Origin: Marsupella aquatica
Lineage: Eukaryota > Plantae > Marchantiophyta
DNA length: 64,000 bases
NCBI GenBank assembly: GCA_973895155.1
Contig: OZ316898.1
Coordinates: forward strand, 16,537,420-16,601,419
Reading direction: 5' to 3'
Shown: piece by piece, positions 24,439-35,821 of the stretch
Position numbering within the stretch: the stretch's first letter is position 1
Layout: every line of letters begins with the position of its first letter
Notes under the pieces: generated by a model
What the model was told of the DNA's origin: nothing
The model's input: the letters and a program-made list of their open reading frames with translations, nothing else
Databases searched by the model: none
Made by a program: the position numbers and the translations under genes

Positions 24439-27400
24439 AGCCGGGGGTATGCCCTGTGCACGTCATCTAGGAGAGCAGATGATGTGTGGATTCTTGATTG
24501 TGCTTGCTCTTTTCATATTTGTTACATTCGTGAGTTTTTCAGTTCTTACTCTATTTCAAACGGTTCAGTTCTGATGGGAAATGATCACTCCTATCAAATT
24601 GAGGGAATTGGGTCTGTGAAGATTCAAATGTTTGATGGCGCTGTGCGCACAGTGTCCGGAGTCAGGTATGTACCTGGCATGCGTAAGAATCTGATTTCAC
24701 TCGGTGTGTTGGATTCAAATGGTCATCAATGGAGCGTTATTGATGGTGAACTTCAAGTCAGGTCGGGAGAGACAGTGATTTTGAAGGGGAGTAGACAAAA
24801 GAATTTGTATGTGTTACAGGGCAATACTGTATATGGAGAGGCCAATGTAACCAAGTCTCACGAGGAGATGACTCAACTATGGCATTCACGGCTAGGCCAC
24901 ATGAGTGAGAAGGGTTTGGCTATCTTACGGAAGAATGGACTCATTTCTGATTTGCAATCTTGTAAATTAGAGTTTTGTGAGCATTGCATTCTTGGAAAGC
25001 AGCATCGTCGTGCTTTTGGTGTTGGAACTCATCGTTCCAAAGCGGTTCTTGAGTACATACATAGTGACGTGTGGGGTCCATCCCCGACTCCCTCACACTC
25101 TGGAAAGTTGTACTATGTATCATTTATTGATGATTACTCAAGATTTGTGTGGATTTATTTCATGACGCATAAGTCTGATGTCTTGTCCATTTTTAAGAAG
25201 TGGAAGGCCCAGGTGGAGAATCAGACTGGAAACACGATCAAGTGTTTGGATACAAGGGTGAAGAGTCTGAGGTCAGACAACGGCGGGGAGTACACTTCAA
25301 TGGAATTTGAAGAGTACTGTTCAGAACAGGGGATAACTCGCCATCTCACCACAGTTTATACTCCGCAGCAGAATGGTGTCGCTAAGAGGCTCAATCGGAC
25401 ACTGTTGGAGCGGTCACGGAGTATGTTGAGCCAATCAGGTTTACCACAAGAATTTTGGGCAGAAGCTGTCAATACCGCAGCTTATTTGGTAAATCTTTCT
25501 CCTTCTAGTGCTATCAATTTCAAAACGCCGTTTGAGATGCGCTATAAGCGGCAAGCAGACTATCATGGCTTGGTAATTTTTGGAAGTGATGCATATGCTC
25601 TCACACCAAAGCAGAATAGGACCAAGTTGGATCCTACCTCCAGGAAATGTGTTTTTCTTGGGTACCAGAGTGGTGTGAAAGCCTATAGGCTATGGGATCC
25701 TATTGCCTGTAAGCTCGTTGTCAGTAGGGATGTTTCCTTCAATGAATCCAGATTATTGAAGGAGGGGGAGAATACTCAGGTCTCCCGTACTGACAAAGGA
25801 AAATCTCCTATCCTGGATCTCGTTGAGGGGGAGATTGGTTATGAGGTGCATGACCGGAGAGAAGGAGTTGCTCCAATTATGGAGCTGGTTCCTGTGCCAG
25901 AGGAACCAGAGGAGTTTGTTGATGCTGGTGAGCAGCAAGTGGATGCTGTTGAGCTTCAAATTGTACCAGCACACGCAGATCAACCGGAGTCATCGGCTAG
26001 AAGAACATCTGGTCGCACTGTACGCGCTCCATCAAGGTATGGACAGTGGGTTGATTCATCTCAACTGCAAGAGGATGATTTTACAGCTGATGATGAGGGT
26101 GATGCGTTAATTTTGGAAGAAGGAGAACCTTCTTCATTTCATGAGGCAAGTGCTTCAAAGGAGAAGCAGAAGTGGACTGCAGCAATGCAAACGGAGATGC
26201 AGTCACTAAAGGACAACAAAACTTGGGAGCTTGTTAAGCTGCCTAAGGGTCAACAAGTGGTGGACAGCAAGTGGATTTACAAGCTGAAGGATAATTTCAT
26301 AGGAGGTGGATCGAAGGTCTACAAGGCTAGATTGGTAGCAAAGGGATTCACACAAGAGAAAGGTGTGGATTACAATGAGGTTTTCTCACCAGTTGCTAAG
26401 TACTCTACAATACGACTATTGTGTGTACTTGTTGTAATGTTTGGTCTGCTCCTAGATCAGATGGATGTTGTCACAGCTTTCCTCTATGGCACATTGGAAG
26501 AGGTGATCTTCATGAGACAACCGCTAGGTTTTGTGAAGAGAGGACAGGAGGAATTGGTTTGCAGATTGCTGAAATCCTTGTATGGGTTGAAGCAGTCACC
26601 AAGACAGTGGAACAAGCGGTTTGACGATTGGATTCGGTCACAAGGTTTTCACAGAAGTGTATTTGACCCTTGTGTGTATTTGAAACCGGTGAAGAATGTT
26701 GTCTTTGGGTTCATTGTTTTAGTACTTTATGTGGATGACATGCTAATTGCAGCCAAGGATAGGTCTGAGATTGTTAAGCTCAAGGCACTGCTTAGTGCAG
26801 AGTTTAAGATGAAGGACTTAGGGCCAGCTAAGAGGATTTTGGGTATGGAGATCACTAGGGACTTGGAGGCTGGCAAGCTATGGTTGACGCAGAGCAGTTA
26901 TGCGAGGAAGGTAATTGCAAGGTTCAACATGGAGAATAGCAAGCCAGTAAGTACCCCGTTGGCTCCACACTTCAAGTTATCATCAGCGTTCTGTCCTACG
27001 GATGACACAGAGAAGGGGTTGATGTCAAAGGTTCCATATGACAAGGCAGTGGGGAGTCTCATGTATTTGATGACTTGCACTAGACCTGATCTTGCCATGG
27101 CTATGGGCAAGGTGAGCAGGTACATGTCGAATCCAGGGAAGGTACACTGGGAAGCAGTGAAGTGGATTATCAGGTACTTGAAGGGTACCGTGGATCATGG
27201 TCTTTTATTTGATGCGAATGCAAAGAATGCTAGATCATTGATTGGCTATGTAGATTCTAACTATGGACAAGATTTGGACCGAAGGAGATCAACAACAGGA
27301 TACGTGTTCACACTTGGCGGTGGATGCATAAGTTGGAGGTCTACTTTGCAGAAGTGTATTGCTCAGTCTACTACAGAAGCGGAGTATGTTGCAGCTACGG

Positions 27401-27711
27401 AAGCAGCAAAGGAAGTGATTTGGTTGGATAGACTTATCACTGAAATGGGATTGCCACAGGGGAATGTGAAGCTCCATTGTGATAGTCAAAGTGCGCTCCA
27501 CCTTGCTGTGAACCAGGTGATGGACAGCAGAGTGAAGCACATTGACGTCAGGTACCATTTTATCAGGCAGGCTGTGTCTGATAATTTGTTTGAGCTAGTC
27601 AAGATTGATGGTAAACTCAACCCGGCTAACGCATTTACCAAAGTGATTCCTTTGGAGAGTTTCTCTAGACACCGTGACGTATTGCAGGTTTTGCAATTGC
27701 ATCACAAGTAG
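24439..27711 (+). CDS. pol: Copia Pol (PR-IN-RT-RNase H), open frame but with catalytic substitutions
   Basis: WILD..CSFH protease, WHSRLGH..CEHC zinc-binding motif, HSDVWGP/LRSDNGGEY integrase, LYVDDML RT, RNase H. NGVAKR (E>K) and NPAN (D>N) substitutions. Confidence 0.95.
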   Translation, partial: SRGYALCTSSRRADDVWILDCACSFHICYIREFFSSYSISNGSVLMGNDHSYQIEGIGSVKIQMFDGAVRTVSGVRYVPGMRKNLISLGVLDSNGHQWSVIDGELQVRSGETVILKGSRQKNLYVLQGNTVYGEANVTKSHEEMTQLWHSRLGHMSEKGLAILRKNGLISDLQSCKLEFCEHCILGKQHRRAFGVGTHRSKAVLEYIHSDVWGPSPTPSHSGKLYYVSFIDDYSRFVWIYFMTHKSDVLSIFKKWKAQVENQTGNTIKCLDTRVKSLRSDNGGEYTSMEFEEYCSEQGITRHLTTVYTPQQNGVAKRLNRTLLERSRSMLSQSGLPQEFWAEAVNTAAYLVNLSPSSAINFKTPFEMRYKRQADYHGLVIFGSDAYALTPKQNRTKLDPTSRKCVFLGYQSGVKAYRLWDPIACKLVVSRDVSFNESRLLKEGENTQVSRTDKGKSPILDLVEGEIGYEVHDRREGVAPIMELVPVPEEPEEFVDAGEQQVDAVELQIVPAHADQPESSARRTSGRTVRAPSRYGQWVDSSQLQEDDFTADDEGDALILEEGEPSSFHEASASKEKQKWTAAMQTEMQSLKDNKTWELVKLPKGQQVVDSKWIYKLKDNFIGGGSKVYKARLVAKGFTQEKGVDYNEVFSPVAKYSTIRLLCVLVVMFGLLLDQMDVVTAFLYGTLEEVIFMRQPLGFVKRGQEELVCRLLKSLYGLKQSPRQWNKRFDDWIRSQGFHRSVFDPCVYLKPVKNVVFGFIVLVLYVDDMLIAAKDRSEIVKLKALLSAEFKMKDLGPAKRILGMEITRDLEAGKLWLTQSSYARKVIARFNMENSKPVSTPLAPHFKLSSAFCPTDDTEKGLMSKVPYDKAVGSLMYLMTCTRPDLAMAMGKVSRYMSNPGKVHWEAVKWIIRYLKGTVDHGLLFDANAKNARSLIGYVDSNYGQDLDRRRSTTGYVFTLGGGCISWRSTLQKCIAQSTTEAEYVAATEAAKEVIWLDRLITEMGLPQGNVKLHCDSQSALHLAVNQVMDSRVKHIDVRYHFIRQAVSDNLFELVKIDGKLNPANAFTKVIPLESFSRHRDVLQVLQLHHK

Positions 27712-27902
27712 AGTTTTCTTAAACATTCATTGTAATTACTGATATATGCTCTTCCTCATTCCTATGTATTAGGCTACGGCTTAGTTCTGGTTTGCTCTAG
27801 TTAGAGAGGGAAACCGGTTTGGTTTCTGTCCAGAACTTCCCGCTGAGGGATCATATACATTGGCAGTATTACTCTCCCCTAGACCAGAGTCAAGGGGAAG
27901 AT

Positions 27903-28377
27903 TGTTGGGTATTTACTCTTACGTCTAGGTTAGGTATGACGTGGTTGGTACAACAACGTGGGTTGGTACAACTACGTGGTTAGGTACAACTACGTGATTA
28001 GGTACAACTATGTGGTTAGGTACAACTACGTGATTAGGTACAACTATGTGGTTAGGTACAACTACGTGATTAGGTACAACTATGTGGTTAGGTATAACTA
28101 TGTGGTTAGGTACAACTAAGTTGCACACTATATCATAAGAGGCATGTGTGCTTGGAGAGGTAGAACCAAGGCTCATTGTTATGGAGCCACTTGAGAGATA
28201 GGGAGAGCTTACACTGTGGAGACTCGGTATAGCCGACGGGCTTAGAGTTCAGTAAAGCTCTCTTGTGTGTTCCCGTGGACGTAACCTCAAGGAGGTGAAC
28301 CACGTATCTCTTGTGTCGACTATTGTGCGTTGGATGGTTCATGGGCTTGCCGTTGCGATCGTCGTCTATGCTCAACA
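27903..28377 (+). repeat. 3' LTR (475 bp) with 10 copies of the ~18-bp unit
   Basis: Matches the 5' LTR apart from 3 extra units (54 bp) and about 3 substitutions. Confidence 0.95.
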
Positions 28378-28609
28378 AGGTCTAGTGCTTGTCATTGCAT
28401 GTACATCAAACTACCCACAACATTGTCATATGGAACCTATTTCATCGTTAGTCTATTACTCTCACTAAAAGAGCTAGCAATGTTCTTTGAACTCAATTTG
28501 AAATGGCAAGCCAATGGAGTCCCAACCGGTTTTACATTCTCCATCCCGCACCTGGCAAGTACCTTCTCGGTGTTGCCTCTAAGACAACCATAATTGCCTT
28601 AACTTTGTC

Positions 28610-28717
28610 CTCAGGGGGGTCACTTCCACGGAAGTGGCACATCACGTGCAACGAAGTATAGGCCCATTTAAATGGGTGTGAAGGAAGACTTCCAAAGTTT
28701 GGTGGAAGAACACATAG
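28610..28717. mobile_element. MITE family B, left part only
   Basis: TIR CTCAGGGGGGTCACT plus ~90 bp nearly identical to the start of 61454-61783. Confidence 0.8.
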
Positions 28718-28969
28718 GGGTACACAACATCATTAGTTATCAGTGGTTGATAACTAATATCAGTAGCTGATATCAGTTATCTCAAAAATTTCAGAATCTC
28801 AGTTGAGGAGTTGAGATGGGACCTTCGAACTTCTGCGCTTCTCAGCTAGGCAGCCGAGGTTGACTCAATCTCGGCTGACCTCGCCGAGATGGGCGTACGG
28901 ATTGAAAAAAATCCCCCCAAAAAAATAACCAAAACTTTTCCAGGGAAACAAAATTTTGAAAAACCCCTG
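28715..28969. repeat. hAT-like non-autonomous fragment, related to sequence starting at ~31731
   Basis: TAGGGGTACACAACATCATTA...CAGTGGTTG...ATCTCAGTTGA..GAGATGGG is shared with 31731-31870; YAGGGGT-type ends; no TSD found. Confidence 0.45.
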
Positions 28970-31900
28970 ATTGTAACAACATGAAGGAATCAAAATCATG
29001 CTTATTCCACTGTTTAGGACTCTACTTCAAATTGTATAACAAATGCAAGAGCTGACACACCAAGAGTCTGGTCTTCTCGTCAATAAAATCTGGAGGCTGA
29101 GTCAAAGAAATCTCCACATCAAGCAATCTATGCACGGAAGTGCAGTAATTACATCCATCTAATCTAACTCAAGATCATACAATACCACAATTGCAAGTAA
29201 AACACGAATAGACTTAGTAAGTTTGACAACTATATAGAGAATGTTTTTGTGTAGCTAATCCAAGCCCTTTTTTTGGGTGTAGTCTTTGACCACAAGGCGT
29301 GCCTTGTAAGTGCCATCCTACTTCTTCTTGTAGAACCATTGACCCGGAACCAGTGTATTTTTGTGAGACATGTCCACCAATGCAGGAGCCAAGTTGAATT
29401 CTTCTTCAAAGAATTGATTTGAGCCTCCAACATTGCCTCCATCCACTTATCCTTCTCTAGAGAGACCATAACTTCTTCATTGCTAGAGGGCCCATAGAGG
29501 GGTCTCCATCCTTGGTGAGCAAAATAATACCAAGATCATCGTTGTGCTCAACCAAGTGAACGCAAGGATCTGCAAAATCAGATCTATGATGGGGTTGGCC
29601 AAGATTGGCCCTTGTAGAGCACCTTAGTTGAGGAATTGTAGTTCTACCGAAGGGACCAACAGCTTCCTCAGCACCATCAAACTCCATAGTAATGGGTTCC
29701 TCCACCTACTCCTGTTGATAATCTTGGGGTCTTGACGACCATTATTTGTCAAAAACAACATTTTTGCTCACAACTGCCTAACAATTGACTTGATCCCACA
29801 ATTTATATATAGCCCTTTTGCCCAGGATTAGAGCCTAGAAAAACACACTTCTTAGATTTGGGATCCAACTAAGACTTGTGTGTCTGCTCAATGTGAACAT
29901 ATGTAGCACAACCACAAACTTGGAGTCTAGATCGAGTAATAAGCACTCAGGTCTCTTATACCATAACTCAAACGGAGTCTACCGTCAACTTACTACTGTG
30001 CGGTGATAGATTGTAAACATATGCAGCTTGGTTGACAGCTTCAACCCAAAAATTGTTATGCAACTTACTTGGACTTATATAGCATGTTGCGCTTTCTCTA
30101 GAAGAGTCTAATTCAACTGTCCTGCAACTCCATTCCATTCCAGGGTCTCCGATATAGTGTAATGACACTTGAGGCCAAGGTCCTGACCAAATTGGTCAAA
30201 CTCATTGGATTTATATATACTTGCCACCATTATCTAGCCAGACACACACCATAACACTATGCATGGCACCCTCTTGCAATGCCCCTCTCTTTGCAAACTA
30301 CAAAGAAAAGAAAACCGGATATTCAAGATTTGCAAACGTTTCGGCATCGCAAACACTTGCAACTTCCCATGCTCCAAGCTTTGCAAACGGACCATTGCAA
30401 TTGCATCACAATTTGAGATAGTCTCATCCTTGCAATTGAATTGCAGTTTTGCCATTGTTATTAACTTGCTAAATCTGTGCCATTGCGGTTGGTGATTTTG
30501 AGATACATGAGATCTCAAATAATGACCAATAAATCTACATTTGCAAGTTTGCGATAGTTTTAGCAACGCAGTTGTGCAATATTGAGGCCTGCGCAATGCA
30601 GGGAGAAAATGGGCCCATTGGAGCCTGGCTGCGTAGTGCTGCTGGCCTGGTGCCGGGGATAACTAACATGGGCGCAGGAGGACTGTCGGGAGCGGGAGGG
30701 AGGGCCGGTTAGGTCTTGGGATGGGGGTAAAGAGGATCCAATCACACCTTGCCACATGGCATACGACCAATGAGGGCCAACGTTGAGTTAACTGATCCTC
30801 TGGTTAACTAAACCCCGTATACAAAATGGGGGTGCAGGAGACAAATAAAATAGAATGGGGGAGCAGCTACTAATTTTGGTCATTGTGGGGGACACCTTAG
30901 TAAAAAGCGGTTGTGATGGATGATACTCCCACTCTCTCTAAGACATTTATACACATGCAATGGGAAGTGGTGCTCAATTTGCATGGTCCTCCACTGCAGA
31001 GATTAATTACAGGCTGATCTTACCATGGTACAAGATGGCAAGCCTACCTTGACTAATGTTGCGGTGGCCAACCGTTTGAGTCAAGACATGATCATCGTGA
31101 TAACAATGACACATATAAGGGCGGCAGGGACATGGGCAGAAATAACAAAAGAGACAATATGCGACACAAAAGTCATAACATAACTTCCTCCCCCTCTAAA
31201 TATTGAGATGTTTAGGTGACCCCATCATCAATTTCAATGGGCTCCTTCAATGGGATGCATGAGACATTCATAGTCGGGCCGGTTTCAAAGGACCACCATT
31301 GTCCATTTTCACAATGCGCTTTTGTCAGCAAATTTCAGTAATTTTACAACATGCTCAAGCCTGAGTGATCCATCATTAATCTCTTCCAATGGGCACCAGT
31401 ATGCCTCAGTAGAATCTTTCACCCTTAGAGGACAACTATGTTCTATGTCCCACTAGCAGGCTTGGTTTGACACAAATATGAACCATTAGCTTATTACACT
31501 CATTACATTTTTGCACTTGAAGTGGACCCTTAGCTTATCACATCAATGCATAACTTGGAAGATCTTTCCACTATTTTTCTTCCTCTTTCTAGGTTTGCGC
31601 ACTTCTTTTGAGTTCAGTGTGTCAACTCTTGAACTGTCTTGCTTTTACTCCATTGTACTTTGTTTAGCCCCCTTTTGTATATTAGGAGCACTTAAATCAT
31701 GTTTGGGCGATGTGGACTCAATGCAAAGAGGGGGGGGTACACAACATCATTAATTAATATCAGTGGTTGTCAATTTTGACGCTAACAAATTTCTAAATCT
31801 CAGTTGACTAGCTGAGATGGGGCCTTTGCACCTCCACGCACTCAGCAGGGCAGCTGAGATTGACTCAATTTTGGCTTGCCAAGATAAGCGTACCAGAAAA

Positions 31901-33344
31901 AAACCATAAACTTTTGAAAAACAAAATTCATTTTTGGGGAATTTTTTGATGCCCGCAGTACTATACGGACACCCGTCCATCTCAATTGACATCGCCCAGA
32001 TGGGGTGTACGGACACCCCATAGTGAAAAGCTTTCCAAAAAATAACAATTCTCCCTTAAATTTTGAAAAAGAAATCATTTTTTCTTCCATTTTTTCTCGC
32101 GCCATCTGAGATGAGGTGGCAGCTAATATCAAGCTGACTGATGGAGATAACTGATAATTGATGAGATTATTTATCTCCAAAGGGGGCGTCAAATTTAAAA
32201 ATCTGTCTAAAGTAAACAAAGCCTAGAAGGACAAGGTGTCTGAGAGGAAAATCTTTCAAATTAAAGAAAATTTCCAAACTTGTGAATGCATCTCTAGCAA
32301 CTATTTAAACTTCACACAGGCTACATGTTGATACCTTCACTCTGATCAATGTCATCTTGTGTGAAGGAGAAGATGCGTAGAAGCTTCCTGATCAAATTTT
32401 ACCAGATTAATTTCTCATTGTTAATCTCCCTAGGTTTTGGGATTACTGTCAGATTCTTACTACTCGGTATGTGATTCCATGGCCAAGAGCATCTCCAACC
32501 CAGTAAGCAAATCCCCAAAAGTCAGGTCCAATGCGGTTACTCAAACGCAAAAACCCATTTTCCGAACGAGGTTTTCTTGGATGGGAAAGTTATGCTCAGC
32601 CAATATATATAGTGCATTGACCAGTCGACGGGGTTCTTCATGGGGTTGTGGCAGATTGCAATCGGAAGACGAAGGGAGCTCTACATTTCGTGCGGGAAGG
32701 AAGGAAAGCAAACAGTCTATTCTTCAACAACAACTGCCTTCACCCCTAATTTGAGCCATGTTATAGTAAGTTCTAGCTTCCAACAACCTAAAATAATTCG
32801 TGGATCCCCATATTCATCCAAGGAATGTGTGTGTGATTAAGTGAAATAAATTTTCAGCAAGACGGTAATCGACGGTTTTGAGTCTCCTAATGGTGTTGGT
32901 GTGTGCTCGCACAAAATAAATGCTCAAAAGATAGAGATTTATCAAACAAAAGGTTGAATGTGGAGGAATTGAGTTATTTGACAGGTTTTGTTTACACATT
33001 GGAGAAATCATGTTTCAACCATTCTTGATTGATTGTTGTGAGTTACATTGAGCATTACGTACGTACCGCCACAAGACAGACTGGAGCACAACACTCAGCT
33101 ATTGGCGAAAGAGCGCTTGTCGATTCAGTGGTGTGAGGGGAAGACCAACAATTGTTTTTTTGACATAGAGGCTGCATTTGGCATCAACCTGTGTTCAGAG
33201 TGAGCTTTAGTTGAAGACTATCTAAGAGACGCAAACAATTCAAGCCGGGAAACACACATTGTGGACAAGCAATGATGACGTAATCAAAGAAGTTTGTGAT
33301 GGTGACAAGATTGTGATACCTCTTAATCGAGAATGGGTTTCTCA

Positions 33345-33830
33345 GATTGACAAATTTTGTCAAGTTCCATATGAGTTTTTGAATTTCTTTGCCTTTCCAA
33401 TGAGTGTGAGTATAAGAAATTTTGATAATGAGTTCATGAATTCTTTTAGCTTTCCAACATTGAGTCCAACATTGACAAATTTCATGTCAGATTTTGTCAC
33501 GGTATTAAAGAAATCAGGAGATTTTCAATTTCTTTAGCTTTTTAATGTGTGACATTGAGATTATTTGTCAATATATAGAGAAATCCTGAGTATCTAAATT
33601 TCTCTAGCTTTCCAATGAACCTAACATTGATAGATTTTGTCAAGTACTAAGGAGATGATGAGTTTTTACTTTTACTCTAGCTTTCCAATGAGTGTGACAT
33701 TGAGAGATTTTATCAAGACATTACTAAAGAGGTCACGAGTTTCTAAATCTTGATCTTGAGTTTTCCAATGTATCAAACATTGACAAAGTTTATCAAGTAC
33801 TAAGGAGATTTATTAATATCTAGTTTACAA
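33345..33830. repeat. Degenerate tandem array with ~70-bp period
   Basis: Recurrent (G)CTTTCCAATG and CATTGA...TTT(G/A)TCAA at about 33394, 33451, 33538, 33608, 33681, 33762. Confidence 0.65.
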
Positions 33831-35683
33831 TGTGAAGCCAAAGGGGTTTTAACTATGTACATTTCTATCGATTGGTTTTTTCAAACTTACAAATAATTAA
33901 AAAATAAAAGCATTTTGATATAAAACATTGATATATCTTTGACAAACATCAAAATGGTAACTTTGTTTTACTAAATGACATCTCTTTCTTTGTATTTTGG
34001 TTTTTTTATGTTTAATATTTACGGCATGGCGCCCCAAAAATTACGTTGCTTTTGCCACAAACAGGAATGTGCACGTTTGTTATTGTTAAAAGTAGGGATC
34101 ATTCCTGTTTGTGGTTGGTTGTGGTGATATGGTGCAACCTCATGGCAGAGAATTTGCAAGAGACCCCTAATTGGGGTCCGTAATCAAAACAAAATTAATA
34201 TGAAAATGTATTTATTGGCTGAACTTAAAGTTAAGCTTTGTGGTGGGAGCCCAAAATGGCTCCAATTTTTTTTTCTGAGCTTACGTTTTCTCCACATATG
34301 CTTTCTCCACATACATATAGAGGCACACAAATATAATTTAGTCACAATATAATCATTCTTCTAACACTCTTTAGTTTGTATGGAGTACTCAAGATCAAGA
34401 CAAATTGGAGTACACAGAGTATATTGTATTCAACACAAATGAAAGTACATTAAATGTTCCCCCCTCAATGTACATGTGTACTTGATTATCTCACCATTTA
34501 ATGTCTTTGTCTTTTAGTTATCAGAATTTATTAATGCTTTTATATATCTCCCTTTGGGACCAAAGTCACCTTGAAAAGGTACGACTCTTAAAAGGGCTTC
34601 CTTTTTGTTTTTGGGTGAAATTGGTCACCTCGAAAAGATTTTTAAAGGGGCTTCTTTTTTTTAGAAAAAACGATGAGTAAGGAGCATGCCCTATGGTTGA
34701 TCTCATTATTTTATTTTCTTTGAGAATTAAAACAGATAGAGAATCAAGGGTATTTTAAATAATGGGAAAATAAAAAATACAAAAAGAGATATTTTTATTT
34801 TTTGGCCCGGATGGAGGATTACTTTAAGGGGAGAAATAATAAGGGTTTAAAGAATTTTTTCTTTAATTGCTGAGAGGTTTAAGGGTATTTAAGGGAGAGA
34901 TTTTCAAAATGGTCTTTGTTTATATTTTTTTCTTGCTAGAGGGGGCAGACACTAGTTGAGTGTATCGAACAAGCCAACCCCTATTCTATCTTAGAAGTGG
35001 GGAGCGATGGATGGTTTAAGGGTCTTTTAAGGGGAGGAACAATAAAGACAAAGAATGGAGAGATTTCAGGTTTTATAAATCTTTCCTTTTACTTGCAAGA
35101 GGGGGGTCAACATCAAAATAAAAAATGTGTTTTTATTCCTTTTGTGGACTTCTCACTCATTTTTCAACATAGATATAGATTTTTATTTGAGTGATTCTAG
35201 AAGAATGGGTGGGTTTGCTTTTAATTAGGTTAGGTATGATATTAATTAGTCGCTAATGAATTTAGGTATGACGTTAATTAGGAACTTAGAGATGATTAGC
35301 ATAAAAAGGAGAGTCTCTCAGTTCATTCTCCTCATTCTCTTCTCTTCTCCTCTCATTGCTTATTCTTTTGCCTTTTTTGGCCAAAGTGACCTCATAGGCA
35401 TTTGCTGGGGCAAGCGGCGCCATAAGCGTTGCTTGCAACCTACCATTTGCCTAGGTGGTCGTGGAGGGACGCGCTCGATCATTAGGGTCGTTCATAGGTA
35501 GTTTTTTATCGTATTCTCTTGGACTAGTGTGAGTTTGCTCTAGCCGGTGGTAGCAATGACCTAGTCATTTGCTACAGGCCTGCCTATAGTCACTTAATCT
35601 AGTACATTTGGCGGGACATTTGGATGCAACTCTTTTTTGTTGGAGATATACTTTGGCTTTGTGTTGTCATCGATGGAGTGTTC

Positions 35684-35821
35684 TCGATGCATACAATGCT
35701 TGTTGCTTGAGAAGTATTTTGCCTACGAGCGTGTTCATCCTTTAGATGCTGGTCGATGCATACAATGCTTGTTGCTTGAGAAATATTTTGCCGACGAGCG
35801 TGTTCATCCTTCAGATGCTGG
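35684..35821. repeat. 69-bp direct tandem duplication
   Basis: TCGATGCATACAATGCTTG...GATGCTGG twice, with 3 mismatches. Confidence 0.9.

Larger units (their letters stand above)
21829..28377 (+). mobile_element. Full-length young Ty1/copia LTR retrotransposon, 6549 bp
   Basis: TG...CA LTRs at 21829-22249 and 27903-28377; 5-bp TSD AGGTC; tRNA-iMet PBS TGGTATCAGAGC 22252-22263; PPT CAAGGGGAAGAT 27891-27902; gag-PR-IN-RT-RH order. Confidence 0.97.
20831..30230 (-). mobile_element. Old, decayed Ty1/copia LTR retrotransposon (minus strand), interrupted by the young copia and by MITEs
   Basis: Probable 3' LTR 20831-21113 with PPT (reverse complement AAGGTGGAGAT-TGT). RNase H/RT remnants at 21270-21828 and 28383-29460 (KHNDICYHFIRE, TRPD). 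Integrase remnant FWVEAVNQAAYVYNLSP near 30000-30070. Many stops and frameshifts. Confidence 0.8.

Noticed and set aside
21851-28176. 18-bp LTR arrays as a CRISPR-like array, or the antisense (VVPNHI)n ORFs as proteins
   Set aside because: The units are contiguous with no unique spacers and lie inside LTRs. The ORFs are simply stop-free readings of the repeat.
32671-32683. GAAGGGAGCTCTA matches the 3' 13 nt of miR159/319
   Set aside because: The 5' seed part does not match and no complementary star arm is visible; probably chance.
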